Of a DNA stretch of 64,000 nucleotides, positions 38,677 to 47,753 are shown one piece after another. The notes beneath the pieces were generated by a model that was not told the DNA's origin, did not search any database, and saw only the letters and a list, made by a program, of their open reading frames with translations. Within the stretch, counting starts at the first letter, position 1, and each line of letters begins with the position of its first letter. Source of the stretch: an uncultured Anaerolineaceae bacterium. Its GTDB lineage: Bacteria > Chloroflexota > Anaerolineae > Anaerolineales > UBA4823. The position numbers and the translations under genes are program-made. Location of the stretch: NCBI GenBank assembly GCA_964354345.1, contig CAYGZL010000032.1, positions 31,152 to 95,151 of the forward strand. Reading direction: 5' to 3'.

Positions 38677-40203
38677 ATGGAGAAGAAATCAATATCGAGG
38701 CGAGATTTCGTTAAAATGGCCGGAATTGCCACCAGTGCAACCATTCTGGCGGCTTGCGCTACACCGACGCCAAAAGTAGAAATCGTCAAGGAAACCGTTC
38801 CTGTGACGGTTAAGGAAACTGTTCCAGTAACGGTTAAAGAAACCGTTGAGACGACTAAGATAATCCCACAAGTGGTTACAGCCACACCACTCCCAACAAA
38901 ACCCCCTGCGCCCGTTGTTCTTGACGTTTGGTTTAACACGAACATTCCTGATATCAACAAGGAATGGACATCCGATCCCAACAACGAGGAGTTCAAACTT
39001 CAATGGTACTTCGGAGGCCTGGGGCGCGCCTTGTTCCTCCCCTGGCTGGCGAAGCACCCCGGTGTGTCTATGAAGATCACCTCTCACAGTTGGGACTGGG
39101 ACTTGCGCCAGAACCAGCTCATGGCTGCCGCGGCTGGTCTCTTCCCAGACACCACCTACGGTGAAGCCTATGTGAATGAGTTTGTGCAATTGGGTATGTT
39201 CAACCCGCTCAGCGACAAGGTCGTAGCGCTCTTCCCCGAAGGCACGACCGATGGCGCCAGGGTTGCCGGAAAGACCTATGGGCTTCCGAAATCCTCGGGG
39301 GCAGATGTACTGTTCATCAACCTGACGATGTGGGAAAAAGCCGGTCTCGACCGAAATAAGCTTCCGACCACCTGGGCAGAGCTGGTGGCAGGCTGCCAGG
39401 CGATCTCGAAGATCAACAAAAGCGATAAATATGGCAACACTTGCTTCTACACCTACGGCCCGGGAGGTGATAGCTACGGTCAGGCCATGCGCATCCTGCA
39501 TTGGTTCAACCAGAATGGCTGCCCACTGGGCGATAATGTAGGCGTCCCATCCGCTAATGTCGCGAAAGCAGCCGAAACCTGGCTCTTCCACAACGAATTA
39601 ATGTGGAGTTCGACAGAGAACCTGATCCTGCAGGCCGAGAGCGAGGCCGGGTCAGGCAAGCTGTTTAACGATGGCGTGATAGCCGTCAAGCCAGGATGGA
39701 ACAACGATGCCACCTCGGTGGGCGAGGGCAACGTTGATGCAACAGCCATCCAGTTCCCGATTCCACCGGGAGGTAAGCCCGCCACGATCGTGATCGGCAA
39801 TGATATGCACTCCCCTCTGAAGGGCGGCAAGAATCCCGACATGGCGATTACGCTCATCGAGGAAACCGTCACCCAAGAGGAAGCACAGTACTTCCTGTGC
39901 AACAACTGTGGCATCTGGATCCCAGCGTTGAAATCGTTGCTGGAGAAGGCCGACACGTTCGACAAGCTGGCCGGCTACAAGACGCCAATTGCCCAAAACA
40001 TCGTACGCGTCACAATGAAGACCCTGCTGACCGGCAACTGCGGTGCGCTGCCTGGCTGGCCTAAGAACGGCTCCCGCATCTGGACCGCCTGGAACGATAT
40101 GTATGGGCGGATCTGGAAAGGCAAGATGAAAGTCGAAGAGATCCAGAAAGAGCTGGATACGCTGCAAGCCTCCCTCGTGAGTCTGGTTGCGAAATCCGGA
40201 TAA
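38677..40203 (+). CDS. ABC transporter extracellular solute-binding lipoprotein (family 1, sugar/CUT1-type)
   Basis: Tat-like SRRDFVK and lipobox LAAC, then a T/P/V-rich linker, then an SBP_bac_1-like body. ATG 38677 lies 8 nt after GAAGGAG. Confidence 0.88.
   Translation: MEKKSISRRDFVKMAGIATSATILAACATPTPKVEIVKETVPVTVKETVPVTVKETVETTKIIPQVVTATPLPTKPPAPVVLDVWFNTNIPDINKEWTSDPNNEEFKLQWYFGGLGRALFLPWLAKHPGVSMKITSHSWDWDLRQNQLMAAAAGLFPDTTYGEAYVNEFVQLGMFNPLSDKVVALFPEGTTDGARVAGKTYGLPKSSGADVLFINLTMWEKAGLDRNKLPTTWAELVAGCQAISKINKSDKYGNTCFYTYGPGGDSYGQAMRILHWFNQNGCPLGDNVGVPSANVAKAAETWLFHNELMWSSTENLILQAESEAGSGKLFNDGVIAVKPGWNNDATSVGEGNVDATAIQFPIPPGGKPATIVIGNDMHSPLKGGKNPDMAITLIEETVTQEEAQYFLCNNCGIWIPALKSLLEKADTFDKLAGYKTPIAQNIVRVTMKTLLTGNCGALPGWPKNGSRIWTAWNDMYGRIWKGKMKVEEIQKELDTLQASLVSLVAKSG
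38785..38850 (+). repeat. In-frame 24-nt tandem repeat (2.75 copies) encoding VKETVPVT
   Basis: gtcaaggaaaccgttcctgtgacg / gttaaggaaactgttccagtaacg / gttaaagaaaccgttgag, within the SBP linker. Confidence 0.9.
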
Positions 40204-40258
40204 GCTGTTAATGCATTACAGATCCGGTTAATGCTCTTGATTATTTAAGCAGCCAAAT

Positions 40259-40288
40259 GGGGAAAAGAGTCTTTCAGCTCTTTTCCCC
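40259..40288 (+). terminator. Strong intercistronic hairpin after the SBP gene (attenuator or mRNA-stabilising element)
   Basis: GGGGAAAAGAG-8 nt-CTCTTTTCCCC: an 11-bp perfect stem with no U-tract. Confidence 0.5.
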
Positions 40289-40359
40289 CATGCCTTTGCG
40301 AAAAGCTGGGCAGGCTAACAGATATGCACCCTGGTTCTTGATAAAGTAAATCCAAATTC

Positions 40360-40392
40360 AAAGTGAGTGAGCCCAGAGCACTCACTCACTTT
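40360..40392 (+). other. Second intercistronic hairpin just upstream of the permease RBS
   Basis: AAAGTGAGTGAG-9 nt-CTCACTCACTTT: a 12-bp perfect stem. It occupies what the ORF track reads as the first codons of ORF 40363. Confidence 0.55.
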
Positions 40393-40419
40393 GAACTGGT
40401 AGATAGTTGGAGCACACTC

Positions 40420-41343
40420 ATGGAAGCTAAATTGCCGTGGTATGAAAGACTCCGGCGTTGGTACCGCCACCATCGCGACCCAGTTGTGGCCTGGACTTTC
40501 CTGACGCCCATGGTAATTTATTTCTTGGTCATGACATTAGTGCCACTGGGTTTTTTGGTTGGCATGAGTCTGATGAGATGGAATATTATCGAACCGCCCC
40601 AGTGGGCAGGCTTAAAAAATATCGCCAAGGTATTTTCGAATTTCGATAATTGGTTCTATCTAAAAGTTATCGGTCGGACATTCCTGTACGCAGTGTCAAT
40701 TCTATCGCTCAATATCGTGGGCGGTTTCTTCGTCGCCCTGATCATGAACCAGAGCATCAAAGGGAAAGGTTTCTTCCGCACCATGTGGTACCTGCCGTCC
40801 GTCTTCTCCGGAGCCGTGGTGGCCTTGCTGCTTGCCATCTACTTTGCGGGTTCATCGGTGGGAGTGGTTAATATGGTGTTGGGAAAATTCGGGGTGCAAC
40901 CTGTGGATTGGTTGCGCGACCCCTTCTGGACGCCCATAATCACCGTACTCTTTTCAGTCTGGCAGGGGATTGGCTTTACGGTCATCTTCTTCCTGGCCGG
41001 TTTACAGAATATCGATGAGAATCTATACGACGCTGCCCGTATAGATGGCGCTAATGAGGGCCAACTTTTACGATACATCACCATTCCTCAAATGACCCCC
41101 GTGCTTCTCTTTATTTCAGTAACTGGAATCATTGGATCGATGCAGATGTGGGAGGTGCCGAAACTTATGTCGGCCGGCGGTCCGAACTACATGACCTATA
41201 CCCTGGTCTACAGCATCCAGCAAGATTCTTTCGCAGCCTTGGACATGGGGATGGGAACCGCCCAATCGTTGGTATTATTCCTCCTGCTGTTAGTTTTCAT
41301 CGGGTGGCAGTTGAACAATTACCGTAAAGCATACCAGGCCTGA
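40420..41343 (+). CDS. ABC sugar transporter permease (MalF/UgpA-like)
   Basis: Six TM segments. EAA loop YDAARIDGANEGQLLRYITIPQM. ATG 40420 lies 7 nt after GGAG. Confidence 0.9.
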   Translation: MEAKLPWYERLRRWYRHHRDPVVAWTFLTPMVIYFLVMTLVPLGFLVGMSLMRWNIIEPPQWAGLKNIAKVFSNFDNWFYLKVIGRTFLYAVSILSLNIVGGFFVALIMNQSIKGKGFFRTMWYLPSVFSGAVVALLLAIYFAGSSVGVVNMVLGKFGVQPVDWLRDPFWTPIITVLFSVWQGIGFTVIFFLAGLQNIDENLYDAARIDGANEGQLLRYITIPQMTPVLLFISVTGIIGSMQMWEVPKLMSAGGPNYMTYTLVYSIQQDSFAALDMGMGTAQSLVLFLLLLVFIGWQLNNYRKAYQA

Positions 41344-41358
41344 AATGGGAGCCCGAAT

Positions 41359-42249
41359 ATGAAAAGACGACGGTTGATAGTCAAAATTCTCAGCTACATC
41401 TTTCTCGGCGTCTCGAGTTTCATCATGATTTACCCGGTGCTGTTCATGGCGATGGGCGCCTTTACTACCAGAAATCAATTCCTGGAAGCCGTCTTTCTGC
41501 CCATCCCGGACACACTCAATATCGAATTGTTTAAGGCCTATTTAGCCGTCGGTCTTGGGAGAGCCTACGTGGTGACGCTTTATCGAGTGGCATTTTACAC
41601 GATCGTTACCTTAATTGTCGGATTGATTGGCGGTTACATTTTCTCGAAGCTACACTTTCCAGGCAAGAATCGAGTGTTTTTGCTGTTCCTCTCTGGAATG
41701 GTCATGCCGGGCATCCTGATGCTGGTGCCGATGTACCTGATGATGGCCTGGTTCCCCTTTGCCGGCGGAAATAATTATTATGGACAGGGGGGGCAAGGGT
41801 TCGTTCAGCAATGGCCGGTGCTCTTCATCTTCGGTTGGGTGCCGGTCTTTGCAATATTTTTGCTCAAACAGAGCTTCGATATGCTGCCAACCGAATACGA
41901 AGACGCCGCCAAGATGGATGGGGCGGGCATGTTCACGATTATTTTCCGTGTCTATGGGCCGCTGCTCAAGCCGCCGATTGTCGCTCTGATCATTGTCAGT
42001 TTCCTGGGAACATGGAACGATTACCTATGGCCCAGCATGACGATCAGCGGCAATGCGGATTGGCAACCGATCGCCTATCGAATTCAATATGTCTTCACTT
42101 CACTTACCAAATGGTCACCGGCTGGCACGACAGATTATCCCTCCCTCATGGTGCGTACCTTCATGGCTACCTGGCCACCGGCAGCGGTCTATTTCCTGCT
42201 GCAGCGCTACTTCGTGCAAGGGCTGGTGGCCAGTGGTTTGAAAGGTTGA
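41359..42249 (+). CDS. ABC sugar transporter permease (MalG/UgpE-like), copy 1
   Basis: EAA loop EYEDAAKMDGAGMFTIIFRVYGPLLKP. Confidence 0.9.
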   Translation: MKRRRLIVKILSYIFLGVSSFIMIYPVLFMAMGAFTTRNQFLEAVFLPIPDTLNIELFKAYLAVGLGRAYVVTLYRVAFYTIVTLIVGLIGGYIFSKLHFPGKNRVFLLFLSGMVMPGILMLVPMYLMMAWFPFAGGNNYYGQGGQGFVQQWPVLFIFGWVPVFAIFLLKQSFDMLPTEYEDAAKMDGAGMFTIIFRVYGPLLKPPIVALIIVSFLGTWNDYLWPSMTISGNADWQPIAYRIQYVFTSLTKWSPAGTTDYPSLMVRTFMATWPPAAVYFLLQRYFVQGLVASGLKG

Positions 42250-42276
42250 TCCAGTAGATCTAGAAAGAAATTAATA

Positions 42277-42312
42277 AGCTGTGCGGGCTGCATGAAAGAC
42301 GCACAGCTTTTT
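42277..42312 (+). terminator. Terminator-like hairpin plus T-run between the two MalG-like paralogues
   Basis: AGCTGTGCG-14 nt-CGCACAGCT followed by TTTTT. Confidence 0.5.
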
Positions 42313-42322
42313 GATAAAAAAA

Positions 42323-43204
42323 ATGAAAAGACGTCAATTGACAATTAAGATCCTCTGTTATCTTTTTCTGGGCATCTCAAGCTTTATCATGATCTACCCG
42401 GTGCTGTTTATGGCACTGGGCTCCTTTACCACTCCCGATCGTTTCCTGGAAACCTATATTCTACCTATCCCGAATACGGTGAATCTTGATTTGTTTCGAA
42501 GGGGATTCGAGGCTGTTTGGGATAGTTATGTAATTACATTTATCCGGGTAGCTTTTTATGTAACGATAAATGTGTTGGTGGGTATTATTGGCGGTTACAT
42601 TTTTTCGAAGCTGCGTTTCCCAGGTAAGAATCGGTTATTTATGGTGTTCCTGTCTGGCATGGTCATGCCCTCGATCCTGATGATCGTGCCGATGTATTTG
42701 ATGATGGCCTGGTTTCCCTTTGCAGGGGGAAATCACATTTTTTTCGGTGGGCATGGATTCATCGACGACTGGCCAGTTCTGTTTATTTATGGATGGGTAC
42801 CGCCCTTTGCAATTTTTCTGCTTAAACAAGCCTTTGATATGTTACCTAAAGAATACGAAGACGCTGCCAAAATGGATGGGGCAGGCTTCTTCACGATAAT
42901 TTTCCGAGTTTACGGGCCTATGCTCAAACCAACTATTGTCGCCCTGATCATTATTACCTTCTTGAATATCTGGAACGATTACCTTTGGCCCAGCCTGACG
43001 ATTTCCAGCGATCCGCATTATTATCCAATCAGCTTTAAAATTCAAGGAGTCAGCCTTCAGCGAGTATGGTCAGCTGCCGCGCATAGCGATTATCCAGCCC
43101 TGATGGTCCGCTACTTTATGGCCACCTGGCCGCCAGCGCTGGTGTATTTCCTGTTGCAGCGTTACTTTGTGCAGGGCATGGTGGCCAGTGGGTTAAAAGG
43201 TTAA
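42323..43204 (+). CDS. ABC sugar transporter permease (MalG/UgpE-like), copy 2 (paralogue of 41359..42249)
   Basis: About 70% aa identity to copy 1 by eye, and the same EAA loop (EYEDAAKMDGAGFFTIIFRVYGPMLKP). ATG 42323 (MKRRQL) aligns with the copy 1 start MKRRRL. Confidence 0.88.
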   Translation: MKRRQLTIKILCYLFLGISSFIMIYPVLFMALGSFTTPDRFLETYILPIPNTVNLDLFRRGFEAVWDSYVITFIRVAFYVTINVLVGIIGGYIFSKLRFPGKNRLFMVFLSGMVMPSILMIVPMYLMMAWFPFAGGNHIFFGGHGFIDDWPVLFIYGWVPPFAIFLLKQAFDMLPKEYEDAAKMDGAGFFTIIFRVYGPMLKPTIVALIIITFLNIWNDYLWPSLTISSDPHYYPISFKIQGVSLQRVWSAAAHSDYPALMVRYFMATWPPALVYFLLQRYFVQGMVASGLKG

Positions 43205-43211
43205 GTTTTAT

Positions 43212-45050
43212 TTAAAGCTTGAGCTTAAGCAAAGAACCGCCTAGAAGAAGCGCAAAGGCGATAGAATCATCCGCAAACGAAGACGCCAGCGACAGGGCGA
43301 CGACGCGATCATTTCCAAAATCATAGATAACCGACCAGGTACGACCTTCATCCACGGATTGGTACAGGCTCTTTCCAGTGCAAGCATACAGGATAAGCGT
43401 TCGAACTTTTTGAAAGCCGGTTAGGGTCACAATTTCTTCGTTCTGACCTGGTTCAACCTGGATACTCACATGGGACTTAGATCCCGACCTGCGAGAACTG
43501 AATTTCCACACCTGTCCACTCAGGCTGGCATACCACGGTCGGTCGGCGGTAGGCTCAGCGGGAATGTAGATCGCCACAAACGGCGCATCCCCGGCAGGAA
43601 GGCGGAACGCTTCTGACATTTCACCAGGTCGGCCCTGCCAAAAACTAAGCGTCTCCCCAATCCCTTCCAGGTAAGCCACATAGAAATATGCTTTATCCGT
43701 CACAGCCAAATCCAGGATCTTTCCCCCCTTTTCCCAGGGTCCGGGTAGTTGCTGCCATGATTCGTGCTGATCTTTGCGATAAATAATACCTTGATGAGGA
43801 AAGCCAACAGTCAGGATTTGACCACTGCGGGACATCCGAACCGCCTCCGCAATACCTTCCTTATATAATTCCCAGGTATTTCCTAAATCCTGACTACACC
43901 AGATGCCTTGAGACGTTGTCAGGAGCACCTCCTGCAGGTTTCCGCCTGGAGATAAAAATGCCAGATCATTGAACGTTTCACCTGGCAATGATTCGCTGAC
44001 ACAATCCCATGTTGTTCCTCCATCCGTGGTACGCCATAGGCCTATTGGAAGTTCGATGAAAAATGCCACACCATCTTCGGTATACCGGGGTGAAAAAATC
44101 GCTTTGATAAATGAGCGCGCAGACAGGCTCCGAACAGGCAACCAGCGTAATTCGCCCGCTTTTATCCAGATCCCTTGTTCAACCCATCCCGCAATTTTCA
44201 TATCCCCAGAGGCTGCCAGACTGAGGGCGTTCGGTATATCAACCAGGCAGATCCAGGTCTCGCCTTGATCGTATGACTGATACAAGCCGGCATTGGTCGC
44301 GGCGAGTAACCCGCCATCAGGCGTGAAAAGGAGGTTATTCACACTGGTCGCTGAAAACGCCAATCTCTGCCAGCTCTTTCCCCGGTCAGTGGAGCGGAGC
44401 AATCCCTGTTGCTCAGTCCCGGCATAAAGTGTCTGATCAGAGACAAATTCCGGTGAAACTGCCAAAGAAAGCACTGGAGGCGCATCCACTGGGAACGACA
44501 GTTCTTTCCAGGCACGGGCGTGATTATAGCTGTAATATAAAGCGGTATCGCTTCCGACAAACGCCATTCCATCCTGGAGAAAGTCAGGAGAAAATGCTAA
44601 CGAGTAAACTGCCTGATCTAACAAACCGAAATTTCGACTTTCCCAGCGTTCTCCATGCGAGTCTGAATAAAGGATGCCATCTTCCAAAGTTCCTGCCAGC
44701 AAGATGCCATCATGAGTTGCCTGGGGTGAATAACTGAGCGCCAGAATTACAGAACCTGTCAGGGGTACTTGGGCTGCCTGCCAATATTCACCCAGGTCTT
44801 TTGAAAAATAAATTCCATTCACTGTACCTGCAAACAGCGTGTGATCTTTGAAAAATGAAGGAGAAACTACCAAAGAGAGAATATTAATCGGCGCATTTGG
44901 AAGTCGCTCCCAATGGTGGCAATCTCTCGAGCGATAAAGGCCTACGCCTGTACCCGCAAATCCAAGCCCCTGGGCATAGGCCAGCGCCGAGACTGTGCCA
45001 CCCTCAGGCCCAGATATCCTGGACACTAAATTGGATTGATATTTACTCAT
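43212..45050 (-). CDS. Cytoplasmic BNR/Asp-box repeat beta-propeller protein (Ycf48/sortilin-like)
   Basis: Seven S/T-x-D-x-G-x-x-W boxes: SKDLGEYW, SDSHGERW, STDRGKSW, SYDQGETW, TTDGGTTW, SQDLGNTW, SVDEGRTW. No signal peptide. Confidence 0.8.
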   Translation of the reverse strand: MSKYQSNLVSRISGPEGGTVSALAYAQGLGFAGTGVGLYRSRDCHHWERLPNAPINILSLVVSPSFFKDHTLFAGTVNGIYFSKDLGEYWQAAQVPLTGSVILALSYSPQATHDGILLAGTLEDGILYSDSHGERWESRNFGLLDQAVYSLAFSPDFLQDGMAFVGSDTALYYSYNHARAWKELSFPVDAPPVLSLAVSPEFVSDQTLYAGTEQQGLLRSTDRGKSWQRLAFSATSVNNLLFTPDGGLLAATNAGLYQSYDQGETWICLVDIPNALSLAASGDMKIAGWVEQGIWIKAGELRWLPVRSLSARSFIKAIFSPRYTEDGVAFFIELPIGLWRTTDGGTTWDCVSESLPGETFNDLAFLSPGGNLQEVLLTTSQGIWCSQDLGNTWELYKEGIAEAVRMSRSGQILTVGFPHQGIIYRKDQHESWQQLPGPWEKGGKILDLAVTDKAYFYVAYLEGIGETLSFWQGRPGEMSEAFRLPAGDAPFVAIYIPAEPTADRPWYASLSGQVWKFSSRRSGSKSHVSIQVEPGQNEEIVTLTGFQKVRTLILYACTGKSLYQSVDEGRTWSVIYDFGNDRVVALSLASSFADDSIAFALLLGGSLLKLKL

Positions 45051-45075
45051 CTTGAAAATGCATCCGTTGCGGATA

Positions 45076-46755
45076 TTACGGTTCGATCGTCTCTTTCGGC
45101 TTCTTATGATGGATGATCACATCCGTTGTTAAAGCCATCGCCGCGCCACTGACCGCCACTTCCAGTGCTTTTTCGAGAACGCGCACCGAGTCTAAAATAC
45201 CTCGTTCTCGCAGATCAACAATTTGCTCTGAGCGAGCATCAAAACCATACCCCGACGGCGACGATCCAACATGATCCAGGACAACATCCGCCGAATATCC
45301 TGCATTATTCGCAATCACGCGCATAGGTTCTTCAAGCGCACGCGCCAGGATGCGGTAAGCCAGTGCCTCATCCTCATGATCAAATGGTAAATCAACGAGT
45401 ACTGACTGGCACTGCAACAACGCTGCTCCACCACCCGGAACCACACCTTCGAGGAGAGCATTGCGCAGACCGGATACAGCCCGTTCAGCAAATTCCTTAC
45501 GCGTCTCACTCTCTGTTTCGGTAAAGCCCCCGATGCGCAATATAGCTGTGCCGCCAGAAAGGCGTCCAATCCGCATCTGGAGTTGCTTCTTCTCCGACTC
45601 TAACTCAGCTTGCTGAAGTTGCCCGCGCACCTCAATTATTCGCTGCCGGATCCTACGTTGGTCGCCCTTCCCACCATAGACGCCAAACTGACTTTCTGTC
45701 GCCCATGCACGCCGGGCATACCCCAGGTCCTCGATTTTAAAATCAGTAAAGTCAGTCTCGGCTGCTTTAAAAATTGGTCTACCGCCCGTAAGGATGGCGA
45801 TGTCTTCAATTGCGGCGACGCGATCCATTTCCAAAAAGCGCGGGATACGAACTGCCATTGTCTCGACTGTCTTTGCCAGGTTGTTTTGTACCAACAAGCC
45901 AATCGCACCGTCTGAAATTTCAGGTGTGATAATGACTACTTTTTTTACCCCGGCCTTGAGACAGCGTTCGAGCACCGGGATCAACAGAGCAGGTTCCGTG
46001 ATAGCCACATCGCTAATCAGAAGCGCGGCATCTTCAAACACGACACTCTTCTCAGATGGATCCGTAATAAAAAGACGTGAAAACCAACCACTCAGATGCC
46101 AATAGGTGCCCTCGACATATTCCCGTTCCAGTCCCCGGCGATTTCCCTTTTCAACCACTATCAACCCATCCGATCCAACGATATCAAAGATTTCGCCCAA
46201 CATCTCCGCCAGATCTCGATCTCCCTGGCACATCCCTTGGGCAACCAGGCTGATAATATCCTTGCCGATAAGGGGAATAGCCTGACTCCGCAGCGCCTGT
46301 CGGACTGCCCGAAGGCCTTTTTCAAGACCTGTACGCAGCAGCATGGCGTTGCAGCCGTACTCAGTGATTACTCGTACCCCTTCATTGAATATCGTTTGGT
46401 ACATCACCCCCATCGTTGTAGTTCCATCACCAACCTCCTCGTGCATATTCCAGAGCGCGTGGCGGAAAAGCATCAAGCCAACATCGCAGCCGCGTGGTTT
46501 AACCTGGATTATTCTACGTGCGATTGTCGCCCCGTCATCCAGAAATTCCGGGGCTTCGTCGCGCTTTACCCGCTCAAAAACCACCAGGCGCGGCAGCGGG
46601 CCAAGCGTAGGGCGGATTGCTTCACCAAGTAGATTGATTCCTTTTTGTAAATCTTGATATGTCCGGGGTTGTACAACCACTGCGGCTTTCCGAGGAACCG
46701 GAAATGATTGTTTGGGTTTATAGCCGGGAACACCTGGAAGGTTAGGTAAGGTCAT
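45076..46755 (-). CDS. Divergent group I chaperonin (GroEL/Cpn60-like) paralogue
   Basis: RPTLGP, VGDGTTTMGV, EGVVPGGGAALL, GILDSVRVLEKAL...LTTDV. It has a ~30-aa N-terminal extension, no GGM tail, and no groES nearby. Confidence 0.8.
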   Translation of the reverse strand: MTLPNLPGVPGYKPKQSFPVPRKAAVVVQPRTYQDLQKGINLLGEAIRPTLGPLPRLVVFERVKRDEAPEFLDDGATIARRIIQVKPRGCDVGLMLFRHALWNMHEEVGDGTTTMGVMYQTIFNEGVRVITEYGCNAMLLRTGLEKGLRAVRQALRSQAIPLIGKDIISLVAQGMCQGDRDLAEMLGEIFDIVGSDGLIVVEKGNRRGLEREYVEGTYWHLSGWFSRLFITDPSEKSVVFEDAALLISDVAITEPALLIPVLERCLKAGVKKVVIITPEISDGAIGLLVQNNLAKTVETMAVRIPRFLEMDRVAAIEDIAILTGGRPIFKAAETDFTDFKIEDLGYARRAWATESQFGVYGGKGDQRRIRQRIIEVRGQLQQAELESEKKQLQMRIGRLSGGTAILRIGGFTETESETRKEFAERAVSGLRNALLEGVVPGGGAALLQCQSVLVDLPFDHEDEALAYRILARALEEPMRVIANNAGYSADVVLDHVGSSPSGYGFDARSEQIVDLRERGILDSVRVLEKALEVAVSGAAMALTTDVIIHHKKPKETIEP

Positions 46756-46884
46756 TTTTTACTCTCTACGATGATATTTAATGCCGGGCTTACAATGAAT
46801 TGATTTTACCCAATAAAGCACAGTCTGTCGATAAGAGAGATTGGTTGCCTGACTCATCTCAGATATAATACTTCTGGAGGTGTT

Positions 46885-47316
46885 ATGAAACAGTTTATTA
46901 TGAAAGCAGTGCTGATAAGCAGTATCTTCAACATGGCAATTTTATTGGCAGCCTGCATCAGCAAAAGTGGCTCGAATGAAAAGGGTAGCTCTTCCGAAGT
47001 TCGCATTGGTGTTGTGGGTATCAAGTCCCCAGGGCGGATGAATTTCAAATTCCAAACCTTCACAGGCAAAGAAACCAGCCCAGTCATCCTGGAAGCCGGA
47101 CAAACGATGCGGATAAATTACCAGGCAGCATTGAACAAAGGACGGATAACCCTGGAATTACACGATCCTGCTGCCCAGGTTGTGTGGCAGAAAATTCTAC
47201 CCCAACCTGGGCAAGACCAGACCGAGGTCACCGCATACAAAAATGGTGAATATACATTAATCGCCATCGGACAGGATGCTGGAGGCAGTTTTGATCTATA
47301 CTGGCTGGTAAAATAG
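46885..47316 (+). CDS. Small lipoprotein of unknown function
   Basis: Signal peptide plus lipobox (AILLAAC), then a beta-rich ~120-aa body. Confidence 0.6.
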   Translation: MKQFIMKAVLISSIFNMAILLAACISKSGSNEKGSSSEVRIGVVGIKSPGRMNFKFQTFTGKETSPVILEAGQTMRINYQAALNKGRITLELHDPAAQVVWQKILPQPGQDQTEVTAYKNGEYTLIAIGQDAGGSFDLYWLVK

Positions 47317-47329
47317 TTTTCGAAACGGC

Positions 47330-47731
47330 ATGTTTATAACATTATCTATTCTCGAATCCAGTCAGGTTACATCTACTCCAGTTGCCATGTGGTCGCTTAT
47401 TATAGGCACTCTCATTATTTTTTTCATAATCCTTGTTTTGATCGAGGCAACTGTCCTACAGTTTCTGGGTTGGGGTTCAATTCGGAAAGCGTTAATCAGT
47501 GCCCTGGCAATGAACTTCCCATCCAGTTTACTGCTAATCCTGTTGTTTATGATTATTAAGCAACGTTGGACTGCTTTAATTATTTCCTGGATTCTGGCTA
47601 TATTGATTGAAGGCAGCATCCTGAGTCGAATCCGCCGTAATCAAGTGCGACTTAATTTTTGGTCAGCAGTACTGGCCAACCTGGTCAGTTTTCTGTTATT
47701 GATAGTACCAGCTCTATTCTATGCGCGTTGA
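47330..47731 (+). CDS. Small integral membrane protein (about 4 TM), unknown function
   Basis: Hydrophobic segments LIIGTLIIFFIILVLIEATVL, LLLILLFMII, ALIISWILAILIEGSIL, LANLVSFLLLIVPALF. Confidence 0.55.
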   Translation: MFITLSILESSQVTSTPVAMWSLIIGTLIIFFIILVLIEATVLQFLGWGSIRKALISALAMNFPSSLLLILLFMIIKQRWTALIISWILAILIEGSILSRIRRNQVRLNFWSAVLANLVSFLLLIVPALFYAR

Positions 47732-47753
47732 AGTTAATAAGGAAAGTGCGAAC

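Noticed and set aside
38785-38850. A 24-nt tandem repeat that could superficially resemble a short repeat array.
   Set aside because: It has only 2.75 copies with no spacers. It is in frame inside the SBP linker and encodes VKETVPVT repeats. It is not a CRISPR array.
38689-39591. A 300-aa ORF antisense to the solute-binding protein gene. Similar long antisense ORFs occur at 39652..40167 (-), 39480..39965 (-), 3754..4290 (+), 46096..46632 (+), 7084..7494 (+) and 23182..23571 (-).
   Set aside because: Each lies entirely inside a gene with clear family motifs on the other strand. Their translations are Arg/Gly/Pro-rich low-information sequences with no motifs. They are typical shadow ORFs.
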